From NCBI GenBank assembly GCA_965219455.1, contig OZ244744.1, forward strand, positions 800,001-864,000: 64,000 nt of DNA. The letters are read 5' to 3'. Positions 19,752-29,635 of the stretch are shown in pieces. The notes under the pieces were generated by a model. The model was not told the origin of the DNA and did no database searches. It worked only from the letters and a program-made list of their open reading frames with translations. The translations under genes and the position numbers were made by a program. Each line of letters starts with the position of its first letter. The first letter of the stretch is position 1. Origin of the DNA: Candidatus Latescibacterota bacterium. Its GTDB lineage: Bacteria; Latescibacterota; UBA2968; GCA-2709665.

Positions 19752-20558
19752 ATGACAAACATCGTTATCTGTGGCATCGCGGGCAAGATGTGCGGACGCA
19801 TCGCCCACCTGGCAATGGAAACCGACGATCTGAAAATCGTCGGCGGCGTGGAAGCGCGCGGCAACCCCGCCATCGGACGCGACATCGGCGAGGTTGTGGG
19901 CGCCGCGCTCACGGGTTTCCACATTGTCGACGACCTGGAGACGGTCGTTAAAAACGCCGACGTGGTCGTCGCCTTCACCGCGCCGCCGGAAGGGACACTC
20001 GATGCAGCTCGAATCGCCGGCGAAGCGGGAAGACCGATGGTCGTAGGCACTACAGGCATGTCGGCCCGGCAACTTACCGGATTTGAAAAGGCCCTGGAAG
20101 GCGTCGCCTGCGTGTTTGCCCCCAGCTTCAGCATCGGCGTGACCGTACTCACCAAACTGGTCGAAGACGCCGCACGTATGATGGGTGACGGGTACGACGT
20201 GGAGATCGTCGAGGCGCACCACCACTTCAAAACCGACGCCCCCAGCGGCACCGCCCTGGCGCTGGCGAATGCCGCGGCAACGGGTCTGGGCCGAAACCTG
20301 GAGGACGTGGCCCTCTATGGACGCCACGGAGAAGTCGGCGCGCGTACCGGGGATGAAATCGGCATCCACGCCATCCGTGCCGGAGACCTGGCCGGGGAGC
20401 ATACTGTCATCTTTGGCGGCACCGGCGAAATCTTCCAACTGGTTCACCGTGCGCAGAGTCGGGATTCCTACGGCGCAGGTGTTCTTCAGGCCATCCGCTA
20501 TGTCGTGAACTCGCCCACCGGACTGTTCAACATGCGGGACGTGCTTGGTATTGAATGA
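19752..20558 (+). CDS. dapB: 4-hydroxy-tetrahydrodipicolinate reductase
   Basis: GIAGKM, VGTTG, EAHHHFKTDAPSGTA, GEHTVIF. Confidence 0.95.
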   Translation: MTNIVICGIAGKMCGRIAHLAMETDDLKIVGGVEARGNPAIGRDIGEVVGAALTGFHIVDDLETVVKNADVVVAFTAPPEGTLDAARIAGEAGRPMVVGTTGMSARQLTGFEKALEGVACVFAPSFSIGVTVLTKLVEDAARMMGDGYDVEIVEAHHHFKTDAPSGTALALANAAATGLGRNLEDVALYGRHGEVGARTGDEIGIHAIRAGDLAGEHTVIFGGTGEIFQLVHRAQSRDSYGAGVLQAIRYVVNSPTGLFNMRDVLGIE

Positions 20559-20661
20559 AATTTATACGGCAATCGGCAGATAACAGACGGCCGGTCCGCC
20601 CGACGGCGGGTGGTTTACAGCGCCGTTTCACGTCTGGCACGATGTAAAGGGAGGCCCTAAA

Positions 20662-22602
20662 ATGGCAATCGAGATCTCCGCTGTGGAAGAAGCGATCAGA
20701 AACGGACAGACACTCGCCGCGGCGGACCAGGTACTCATCGACCCGCAGCCCGGCGCGCTGACCGGCCGCGTAGACGTACTCCTGTCCGCTATTCAGAATA
20801 GCGAGTGTCCCGCCGACGCGGTCTGCCGCACCCTGATCCGGCTCGGCATGAACTTCGTGGGGAGAGACGCCGAAATCGTCGGATACGGCGCGGAGGAAGC
20901 CGACCGCGCACTGGAGCAGGTCCTGGCCGCCATCGATGGTCTCGAAGGGGCCGTAATGGCGGACGTCGTGGCTGAATTCCTGGCCGACATGAAGTCCGTC
21001 AACCTGAGCGACAGCCTCTCCGGCCTTCTAGCGGAACGCATCGAATCGGACCTGAACAAAGCAAGCCCGGGCCGTTCTTTTCTGACGCTGCTCAAACGGC
21101 AGATGCGCAGCGGGGTCTACTGGAAAATGATCGGTGAAGACTACTGCAAATTCGGCAACGACTTCGCGCGCGGCCTGGAGTACCTTCGCCACTATGGGTT
21201 CTGCCAGGTGTCCACCAACCCCGTGCTGGCGGCCAAGGCCTTCGACGAAGACGGCACACTGGCCGAGCAACTCAAAGGCGAAGTCGACAAACACGATCGC
21301 TGGAAGCAAGACCCCGACGCCCACGCCGACGAGATCGCCATGGCGGCCACGCTCATCGCCCTCTGGCCCAATCTTTCCATTTTCCGGCCGCTCGCGGTAC
21401 ATACGGACCTCGAGGACTATATGGTCAGTTTCCAGCTCAATCCAAACATCGCCGACCGGGCCGAAGCCAGCATCGAGGATGCCCGAAATGCATACAGGGT
21501 GGCCGCCGACTACCTTGAAGGATACGACCGCCTGCTGGGCCTGGGAGATCGTTCCGGCCGGGTCAACCCGAACATCGTCTTCAAAGTCGCCGCCAGCCAC
21601 GAGGCCGCCCGCAAAATCACCACGACTCTCAACGGCAATGCCATTGGCTCCAACAACACCGTGGTCTACACCGTGGCCCAGGAAGTTCAGCTCATACTGG
21701 ACGCGTTCGAGGGCAAGGCGCACGCGGCGAAGGCGGGCGGGCAGGTTGTACGCACCTACGAAACCAACATGGGCGGCCGGTTTGTAAGCCACCTGCGGGA
21801 GGTTGAAGCCGAGAAGATCTTTCTCTCCGCGGCGGAAAGAGCCGGAGAAGACAAAGCGAATGAACTCCTTGACGCCCTGGCCGCCGAGCTGGACGCCGGG
21901 GACGCAGCCGACGGATCCTTTACAGACAAAGCGCGGGACGTCTGCAACTACAAGTTCCTCAAGTCCCTGGACCATCCCATCGTGCTCGGGGCTGCCGCGG
22001 CGGCCGGCCAGTCCGCGGACGCCATCCAGCTCCTGGAAGAAGATCTGAAAAAAGCGGGCACCCTGGTCGCCCGCCGGGTCTACTGGGTCTTCTTCAGCCC
22101 GGAAAACCGGCCGAAATGGGTCGCCCATCTTCGGGCAACCCACGGCGTTACGGACGACCAGGCACGATGGATCGTGGACTCCATGGACGTACTTCCGGCC
22201 TCCAAGCGTATTCCCGAAGACTCCTTCCACACGCTGGGCGCGTCCAACATGTGCAACACCGAATTTCCGAACCACGCCCGAGCCGTCCAGACGGCTTCCG
22301 AAGCCGAGGGCTTTAACCTCGAAGACTTCAGGGACGCGGTGCTGGATACCTACGAACCCGGCGTGGACCAGCGCCTGCGCGAACTTCCCGACTTCTGCCG
22401 TGGCTACGACCTGACGCCGTCTCTTAAAGACTTCCTGCAGAACGTCGTCGACATCGACGTGGCCGGCTGGCAGACCCGGGGCATGGAACCCGGCGACTGG
22501 CCGGACTTCGGCTCCGTACAGAAAACCAGCGCCGAGTTCCGAGCCGCCTACGACACCTTCGCCGCCAAATGCGTGGCCATCGCCAGGGAGGTCGCGGCCT
22601 GA
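20662..22602 (+). CDS. Large transaldolase-family protein (646 aa)
   Basis: VSTNPVL, VSFQLNP, NIVFKV (Schiff-base Lys), NNTVVYTVAQ. Confidence 0.75.
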   Translation: MAIEISAVEEAIRNGQTLAAADQVLIDPQPGALTGRVDVLLSAIQNSECPADAVCRTLIRLGMNFVGRDAEIVGYGAEEADRALEQVLAAIDGLEGAVMADVVAEFLADMKSVNLSDSLSGLLAERIESDLNKASPGRSFLTLLKRQMRSGVYWKMIGEDYCKFGNDFARGLEYLRHYGFCQVSTNPVLAAKAFDEDGTLAEQLKGEVDKHDRWKQDPDAHADEIAMAATLIALWPNLSIFRPLAVHTDLEDYMVSFQLNPNIADRAEASIEDARNAYRVAADYLEGYDRLLGLGDRSGRVNPNIVFKVAASHEAARKITTTLNGNAIGSNNTVVYTVAQEVQLILDAFEGKAHAAKAGGQVVRTYETNMGGRFVSHLREVEAEKIFLSAAERAGEDKANELLDALAAELDAGDAADGSFTDKARDVCNYKFLKSLDHPIVLGAAAAAGQSADAIQLLEEDLKKAGTLVARRVYWVFFSPENRPKWVAHLRATHGVTDDQARWIVDSMDVLPASKRIPEDSFHTLGASNMCNTEFPNHARAVQTASEAEGFNLEDFRDAVLDTYEPGVDQRLRELPDFCRGYDLTPSLKDFLQNVVDIDVAGWQTRGMEPGDWPDFGSVQKTSAEFRAAYDTFAAKCVAIAREVAA

Positions 22603-22846
22603 AGTCCCGCGAGACAAGGGGGCCGGACTGACGCGCCATGGTCATCCTCGACGGCGGCAGAGACGATCCTGCGGCTTGCTCTTTGACCCACCGACGTTCC
22701 ATTCAGACTTTTCTTCACAGACCGCTCGATCGCCACAAACCCACCGGCGGGACCGATTTTCAGACTGCAGGATCTTTATTCCCGGTGCGTATCGCTCATG
22801 TAAGGTCGCCGTCCGTTCAAACCGGCATACCGGGCCCACTTTCCGT

Positions 22847-24091
22847 ATGAACACGCCGACGATTACAGATCAGGATCCATGGATCCGGCAACTCGACGGA
22901 ACCGTTGACGAGTACAAGGACCGCATGGTGCAGGCCAGGCGGCATCTGCATGCCCATCCCGAGGTGAGCGGCGAGGAAACGGAGACCACGCGGTATGTGG
23001 AAGAACAGTTGCGGTCCGATGGCTTCCGTGTCCACACCGGCCCCACGGGCCGCGGGCTGATCGCCGAAACGGCCGGGAACGGGTCCGGGCCCAAAATCGC
23101 AATGAGGGCGGACCTCGACGCACTGCCCATACAGGACGCCAAAGAGGTAGACTATCGCAGCAACGTACGCGGGGTGATGCACGCATGCGGCCACGACGCC
23201 CATACGGCCACGGTGCTCGGCGCCGCCCTGGCGCTGGCTTCCGCCGGAGAATCCGGAATATTGCCCTGGCCCGTTTCGTGGCGGGCCATTTTTCAGCCGG
23301 CCGAGGAGACCAACCAGGGCGCCCTGGAAATGATCGAAGCCGGGGCGCTCAACGGTGTCAGCGCGATGCTCGCCCTTCACGTGGATCCCTCGCGCCCTGC
23401 GGGAACCATCGGGCACCGATCGGGTGTCCTCACCGCGCATTGCGATGAGATGCACGTTCTCGTCCGGGGGAGCGGCGGTCACGCGGCCCGTCCCTACGAA
23501 TCCCGGGACCCCATTGCAGCAGCCGCTCAGTTAATCAACGCACTCTACGTGACGGTGCCGAGGTCGCTCGACCCGCAACATACCGTGGTCCTCACGGTCG
23601 GCTCCATTGCAGCCGGGAAGCGCTACAACGCGATTCCCGATCGCGCGGTGCTCAAGGGCACCGTACGCAGCCTCGACAACGATGCGCGCCGCCTGGCCAT
23701 GGAACGTGTGCGGGAGATCGCGCAGGGGGTGGCGCGATTGTCCGGTACGGAAATTGAAATCACGTTCAAGCCGGGCCCTCCATCGGTCCTGAACGATCCT
23801 GGGCTAACCGATATGCTCCGTGAGTGCGCGGTCGATCTGCTCGGGGCCGACCGGGTTCAGTATATTGCGCAACCCAGCATGGGCGGCGATGATTTCGCCC
23901 ATTATCTCCAGCACGTTCCAGGCAGTCTCTTTCGCCTTGGATGTTCGGCCCCCGCGTCGGCTGGTCCAGGCCTGCACTCGCCGGATTTCGACATCGACGA
24001 ACGCGCCCTGGGCATCGGCGCGAAGATCCTTGCACGCGCCGTGGTCCGTTGGTCGGAACCGAAAACACACGACAGTGAGACCGCCCAATGA
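22847..24091 (+). CDS. M20D amidohydrolase
   Basis: RRHLHAHPE, RADLDALP, MHACGHDAH, FQPAEE, GGHAARP, LHSPDFD. Confidence 0.92.
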   Translation: MNTPTITDQDPWIRQLDGTVDEYKDRMVQARRHLHAHPEVSGEETETTRYVEEQLRSDGFRVHTGPTGRGLIAETAGNGSGPKIAMRADLDALPIQDAKEVDYRSNVRGVMHACGHDAHTATVLGAALALASAGESGILPWPVSWRAIFQPAEETNQGALEMIEAGALNGVSAMLALHVDPSRPAGTIGHRSGVLTAHCDEMHVLVRGSGGHAARPYESRDPIAAAAQLINALYVTVPRSLDPQHTVVLTVGSIAAGKRYNAIPDRAVLKGTVRSLDNDARRLAMERVREIAQGVARLSGTEIEITFKPGPPSVLNDPGLTDMLRECAVDLLGADRVQYIAQPSMGGDDFAHYLQHVPGSLFRLGCSAPASAGPGLHSPDFDIDERALGIGAKILARAVVRWSEPKTHDSETAQ

Positions 24092-25215
24092 GCCAAATGG
24101 TGTTCAACCCCAGCCGGAAACCTACGGTCGGCGTGGAAATCGAGCTGGCGCTGGTGGACGATAGAACCATGGCCCTGTGCAGCGCCAGCGAGAGGCTGCT
24201 CGCCCGCGTACCGCCGCGCCTCGAGGGAACGATCAAGCCGGAACTGATGCAGTGTTACGTGGAAATCAATTCAGGTGTCTGTATGACGGTGCAGGAGATC
24301 GAGGCGGATCTCAAAGAGAAGCTGTGCGCGCTGGAAGCCATTGCGGATCGGGAGGGTGTACGGCTGTACTGGTCGGCAACCCATCCGTTTTCCACCTGGC
24401 GGGACCAGGAAATCACCCGCAACAAACGATACGCGGGCCTGGTGGACCTGCTGCAGGATACGGCTCGCCAACTGGTGACTTTCGGCCTGCACGTGCACGT
24501 CGGCGTGGATAGCGGCGACAAAGCGGTGATGATCTGCGAGTTTATACTGCGACACGTACCGCTCCTGCTGGCGTTGAGCTGCAACAGTCCATTCTGGGAA
24601 GGCCGGAACACGGGTGTCTGCTCATGGCGGTCCAAGATCATGGACGGCCTTCCCACCGCCGGTCTGCCGCCGCTGATGCGGAACTGGAGTGAATATGTCT
24701 GGCTGGTGAATCACCTCGTCGAAACGGGTTATATAGAGACCATACGGGAAATCTGGTGGGACGTTCGCCCCCACAACAAGTTCGGCACGGTCGAGATCCG
24801 CGTCTGCGATATTCCCGGCAACTTCCACGATACCCTGGGCCTCGTCGCGCTGATGCAGTCCCTCATCAAATACCTTTCCGACCACATCGACCACGGTATA
24901 TACCAGCACGACTGCCACCCGATGCTCATACGTCAGAACAAGTGGCGCGCAGCCCGTTACGGCCTCGATGCCCAACTTGTCGACGCCGACACCTACCAGC
25001 TACAGCCGGCGCGCGAACTCGTAAGACGTCTGGTCGATCAACTGAAGCCAACCGCCCGAGACCTGGATTGTGTTCCCTACCTCGAGCGGAACCTGGATAT
25101 GGCGTCCAGGCCGACCTGGGCGCAACGACAGGTGGAAATCCTTGAAAGAACAGGCGATGCCCAATCGGTGGTGCGGGAAATGGCCGCCGCTTCCCGCCAG
25201 ACGTCGCCGGCTTAG
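24088..25215 (+). CDS. YbdK-family carboxylate-amine ligase (glutamate--cysteine ligase 2)
   Basis: TVGVEIEL, FGLHVHVG, NSPFW, WWDVRP, GTVEIRVCD, NKWRAARYG. ATGA overlap with the upstream gene. Confidence 0.92.
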   Translation: MSQMVFNPSRKPTVGVEIELALVDDRTMALCSASERLLARVPPRLEGTIKPELMQCYVEINSGVCMTVQEIEADLKEKLCALEAIADREGVRLYWSATHPFSTWRDQEITRNKRYAGLVDLLQDTARQLVTFGLHVHVGVDSGDKAVMICEFILRHVPLLLALSCNSPFWEGRNTGVCSWRSKIMDGLPTAGLPPLMRNWSEYVWLVNHLVETGYIETIREIWWDVRPHNKFGTVEIRVCDIPGNFHDTLGLVALMQSLIKYLSDHIDHGIYQHDCHPMLIRQNKWRAARYGLDAQLVDADTYQLQPARELVRRLVDQLKPTARDLDCVPYLERNLDMASRPTWAQRQVEILERTGDAQSVVREMAAASRQTSPA

Positions 25216-25478
25216 CAGCCCGCCCGATCGCTTCCAACAAAAAGGCACACACCTTCCGGCATGCGCCTGTAATCCACATTCAAATGCCTGTCTTTTTCGA
25301 ACCATGAACGGACGGGGCGTTTCCTGTGACGCCTCCCTCCGTAATTCTTCGCGTCAGCGTCCCGGATTTATGTTCCCGCCCGCATTCCGTCAAAGCAGAA
25401 TTGGCAAATCGGGGCCAAACACAGCAGCTCGATTTGTGACACCGCGCGTGGGAGACAATGTCCAGCAAGGGCCCGGTA

Positions 25479-25925
25479 CTATCCCTCCGCGAGAGCCTGT
25501 TTGTAGGCCTTCAGCTTCTCTTTTACCCCCGCGTCCGTCTGTGCGATGATCTGCGCGGCCAGCACGGCCGCATTTCGCGCATTGTCGATCCCCACGCAGC
25601 CCACCGGTACTCCTGGCGGCATCTGCACGATTGCGTACAGTGAATCGATGCCGTTCAGCGCGCCCGAGGCGATCGGCACCCCGATCACGGGCAACGTGGT
25701 GTGCGCCGCCATGACGCCCGGCAGCGCCGCCGCCAATCCCGCCCCCGCGATTATGACCTTCAGACCGCGCGCCTCGGCAGTGCGCGCATATTCGCCAGTT
25801 CTTTCGGGATTCCGATGCGCGGACGACACGGTCATCTCGTATGCGACGCCCAGTTCATCCAGAACGGGCGTCGCTTTCTGCATGATCGGTTCATCGGACT
25901 TGCTACCCATAATTATGCCAACCAC
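25479..25925 (-). CDS. purE: N5-CAIR mutase
   Basis: [34 protein letters not shown]. Confidence 0.96.
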   Translation of the reverse strand: MVGIIMGSKSDEPIMQKATPVLDELGVAYEMTVSSAHRNPERTGEYARTAEARGLKVIIAGAGLAAALPGVMAAHTTLPVIGVPIASGALNGIDSLYAIVQMPPGVPVGCVGIDNARNAAVLAAQIIAQTDAGVKEKLKAYKQALAEG

Positions 25926-25997
25926 GATCCTCTTCCTCCTTTGTGATGATTTAACGACCTCTTCGTGATCCCGAAATCTCGCCGGAGTCGAAGCGCC

Positions 25998-27278
25998 TCA
26001 GACCTCCAGGTGCTCCAACGCCCGGTATCCGATATCCCTACGGTAGTACACGTTGTCGAATTGAATATTCCCGATCGCCTCGTAGGCCCGATTGACCGAA
26101 GCCCGAATATCCCGGCCGATGGCCGTGACACCCAGAACCCGGCCGCCATTGGTCACCGTCGTCCATTCATCGCGCGACGTGCCCGCGTGAAACACCATGA
26201 CGTCGTCCCGGGCTTCGGCCTCGTCCAGGCCGGATATCGCAAAACCCGTTTCGTGCTCGCCCGGATATCCTCCGGAAGCCAGTACCACGCAAGTCGCGGC
26301 CCGGTTGTCCAGTTCAATTTCCAGATCCTTGAGGGTGCCTTCGAATACGGCCTCGATGATATCCACCAGATCGGTCTTCAGCAGAGGGAGCACAACCTGC
26401 GCCTCCGGGTCGCCCATGCGGCAGTTGAATTCGATGACCCGGGGACCGCTTTCGGTAATGATCAAACCGCCGTATAGGATTCCCTTATAGGGCCGCCCTT
26501 CCGCGGCAAGCGCCTTCACCGTGGGAAGCATGACGCGTTCCAGAATGGTCTTTTGCATTTCCTGCGTCACCACGGGGGCCGGTGCGTAGGCGCCCATCCC
26601 GCCCGTATTGGGGCCGGTATCGCCCTCGCCGATGGTCTTGTGATCCTGGGACGGCACGATGCACACCACGTGTTCCCCATCGGTAAAGCCCGTAATCGAT
26701 GCTTCCTCACCTTCCAGGTATTCCATTAGCACCAGTTTTTCTCCTGCAGCGCCGAACTCCCGGTCCACCAGCACCCGTTCGACGGCACAGAGCGCCTCAT
26801 CCATCGAGTGGCACACCAGCGCACCCTTTCCGGCAGCCAGTCCCGCGGCTTTCAAAACAACCGGCGCTCCCCAATCCTTCACGAACCCCCGCGCGGTGTC
26901 CGCGTCGGTGAATGTTCGATACTGCCCGGTGGGAATGCCATATTTGTGCATGATGCGCAGCGCGAAGTCTTTATCGGCTTCAATCCGGGCCGCCCTCCGC
27001 GAGGGCCCGAACACCCGGAGGCCCACGGCCTCGAACCGGTCCGCAAGCCCGTTTGCGAGCGGGTCCTCGGGCCCGACGACCGTCAAATCGATACGCTCCC
27101 GCTGTGCAAATCCCACCAGACCGTCCAGATCGTCCACACCGATATCCACGCAGGTGGCCTGTTCGGCCATACCGGGGTTGCCGGGAGCGGCATAGATACG
27201 ACTCACCTTCGGACTCTGGGCGATCTTCCACGCAAATGTGTGCTCGCGGCCTCCCTTGCCCACAATCAACACTTTCAT
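25998..27278 (-). CDS. purD: Phosphoribosylamine--glycine ligase
   Basis: GGREH, GLAAGKG, QDHK, GPNTGGMGAY, EFNCRMGDPE, GGRVL. Confidence 0.97.
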   Translation of the reverse strand: MKVLIVGKGGREHTFAWKIAQSPKVSRIYAAPGNPGMAEQATCVDIGVDDLDGLVGFAQRERIDLTVVGPEDPLANGLADRFEAVGLRVFGPSRRAARIEADKDFALRIMHKYGIPTGQYRTFTDADTARGFVKDWGAPVVLKAAGLAAGKGALVCHSMDEALCAVERVLVDREFGAAGEKLVLMEYLEGEEASITGFTDGEHVVCIVPSQDHKTIGEGDTGPNTGGMGAYAPAPVVTQEMQKTILERVMLPTVKALAAEGRPYKGILYGGLIITESGPRVIEFNCRMGDPEAQVVLPLLKTDLVDIIEAVFEGTLKDLEIELDNRAATCVVLASGGYPGEHETGFAISGLDEAEARDDVMVFHAGTSRDEWTTVTNGGRVLGVTAIGRDIRASVNRAYEAIGNIQFDNVYYRRDIGYRALEHLEV

Positions 27279-27312
27279 CTGTCCGGAACCCCCTGTATAA
27301 GCAAGCGTGGAC

Positions 27313-27354
27313 GTTCATTCCCGGAATTAGATTGCCGAAATTCGGCCGCCCGGC
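27313..27354. repeat. Partial (left-end) copy of the MITE
   Basis: gttcattcccggaattagattgccgaaattcggccg matches the MITE left arm. Confidence 0.55.
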
Positions 27355-27389
27355 CAACAAATGACTCGTCCGGCGACTCCGGAAAGACC

Positions 27390-28124
27390 CTATTCCAACT
27401 CGTCTTCGGAACCATGCCCGATCAGCGTGCCCAGATCCTCGCCCTCCAGAATCCGGCGCATGGTCCCGCGCGTGTCGAAATCGAAGACATGGATGGGAAG
27501 CCGGTTGTCCCGGGCGAGAATCACCGCGGACTGATCCAGCGCGCCCAGATTTTCCCGCACAACGGTATCGTATCCAACGCTGCGGTACAGGCGCGCGTCG
27601 GGACTCCTGTTGGGGTCGTCGGTGTAGACTCCAGCCGTTTTGTGCTTCGCGAAAAGTATGGCATCGGCCCGAATCTCAAGCGCTCGCTGCACGCCGGGAT
27701 AGTCCGTTGTAACGTAGGGATTGCCGATGCCCCCCGCGAAGATCACGATATAGCCCTTTTCGATATGGTGGATGGCGCGCAGCCGGATAAAGGGTTCGGC
27801 GACCGCGTTAATCGGAATTGCCGTCATTACGCGCACCTCCGCGTCGCTCCTGGCGGTCATCACGCCCCGTAACATCAGGCTGTTGACAATGGTACCCAGC
27901 ATTCCGATGTTGTGGGCTTCGGACTCTTCGATGCCCCACTGTGCACCGAGCATCCCTCTGAAAATGTTACCGCCTCCGATCACGACACCGACACCGACGC
28001 CGAGCCTGTGAACGGCCAGGATCTCATCCGCTATGTACTCCAGCGCAACCGGATCAAATCCGAATTCCCTATCACCCGCGACGGCCGCGCCGCTCAACTT
28101 GAGGACAATTCGCCTGTATCTCAT
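27390..28124 (-). CDS. pyrH: UMP kinase-family protein (PyrH paralogue)
   Basis: RIVLKLSG, GGGNIFRG, IGMLGT, GNPYVTTD, GVYTDDP. Confidence 0.85.
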   Translation of the reverse strand: MRYRRIVLKLSGAAVAGDREFGFDPVALEYIADEILAVHRLGVGVGVVIGGGNIFRGMLGAQWGIEESEAHNIGMLGTIVNSLMLRGVMTARSDAEVRVMTAIPINAVAEPFIRLRAIHHIEKGYIVIFAGGIGNPYVTTDYPGVQRALEIRADAILFAKHKTAGVYTDDPNRSPDARLYRSVGYDTVVRENLGALDQSAVILARDNRLPIHVFDFDTRGTMRRILEGEDLGTLIGHGSEDELE

Positions 28125-28678
28125 AATTAACGTATACTCCGGGGTGCGGATAAGAAAAGACAGAGGATGAATATCGGGGGATATCGAGAATCGAAATGCG
28201 GACGGACAGTGAATCTCACGAATGCCGCGGGCGCCGGGGGACCCGACGGGGATATCGGGAGCCTGTGATCCGGAACGCTGCCCGGAGGCGCTGCCATACT
28301 GGTTTAATATAGATTCGTTGTGGCGCGTGTCAACGAAATTCAACTCCTCCCTGAATGCGCGCACTGAAGGCCGATTCTGACGACCGCCCCGCCGGATCGA
28401 CCTGCCAGCGCTCCGGAGGCGTGCAGGCCCGAAACCGCAGGATTTCCACGATCTCGATCCCCCGTCCGTGAGGCGAGCAGTTGCGTTTTTTCTTTCATCA
28501 TTCCCATATTTAGGTTAACTTGATTCGGTGATCGGAGCGGAATGCTTCCGAAAACCGGATGCGTTCCGGAATTCCGGTTGACGTGTACAAGTGGTTATAA
28601 TACAGCAATTTCCATAGCGAAGCCGGATATTCAGCCTGACCCTGTTTTCTCTCGAACACATCCCGTTATGGAGGTGAC

Positions 28679-29488
28679 ATGCCCCCCCGAAGAGTTCTCG
28701 TCACCGGCGTATACGGCCTTATACCCGGCGCCATTTACGAGCATCTGATCCGGTCGCCCGACACCTACGAGACCTACGCCCTCGCGCGCCGTCGCTATCC
28801 ATCCGACAGGTCGCCCGACGGGCGCGCGCTCGACATCCCCGACGACAAATTTCACCTGGCCGATCTTTCCGATATGCAGGCTGTGCAAAACGCCGTTAAC
28901 GGCATGGACACCGTCGTCCAGATGGCGGCGGATCCACGGCCTGAAGCGAGTTGGGACCACATACTGAACAGCAACGTGATCGGCGCCTACAACGTCTTCG
29001 AAGCGTGCCGCATCGCCGGCGTCAGACGGATCGTTTACGCCAGTTCGATCATGACCAACTGGGGCTATCAGACCGACGAACCCTACAAGGCCATTAGAGA
29101 ATGCCGGTTCGACGACGTTCCCGATCCCATACCCATCGTTACCCATAAGCACCCGACGCGGCCCACGGAACCCTATTCCGCCAGCAAGGTCTGGGGTGAA
29201 GCCCTGGCTCGAATTTACTCAAACGTACATGGGATCTCGTGCATTTCCCTGCGTATCGGGGCGGTCAACGCTGAAGACCGGCCGGCCAGCCCCGAACTTT
29301 CCGCAGTCTGGTGCAGCCAGCGCGACGTCGTGAAGATTACCGAACACTGCATAAACGCGCCGGACGATCTCCGCTTCGATATCTTCTACAGCATCTCCAA
29401 CAACAGGTTCTGCTGGGTGGACATGGATCATGCCAGTCGAATTCTCGGTTTTGTCCCCCAGGACAGCGCGGAAGATCACATCTCATAG
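28679..29488 (+). CDS. NAD-dependent epimerase/dehydratase (uronate dehydrogenase-like)
   Basis: LVTG..G.I, YNVFEA, YASS, YSASKVWGE, SLRIG. Confidence 0.85.
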   Translation: MPPRRVLVTGVYGLIPGAIYEHLIRSPDTYETYALARRRYPSDRSPDGRALDIPDDKFHLADLSDMQAVQNAVNGMDTVVQMAADPRPEASWDHILNSNVIGAYNVFEACRIAGVRRIVYASSIMTNWGYQTDEPYKAIRECRFDDVPDPIPIVTHKHPTRPTEPYSASKVWGEALARIYSNVHGISCISLRIGAVNAEDRPASPELSAVWCSQRDVVKITEHCINAPDDLRFDIFYSISNNRFCWVDMDHASRILGFVPQDSAEDHIS

Positions 29489-29635
29489 CCGCGCCTATCG
29501 CCGTATCGCCTTACTTTCCGGAAACCGGGTAAGACGCATGCGGCGATTGCGTTCGCCGCACAAATCGTAATCCGATTTTACCCCTGACGCTTGAGTTCGG
29601 GCCGTAGTCGTCCGAATACTCGAGGAACTCATCCC

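Noticed and set aside
19083-22617. Long antisense ORFs (454 aa and 529 aa) opposite pckG/dapB and the transaldolase-like gene
   Set aside because: Fully overlap confident genes on the other strand, typical GC-rich shadows
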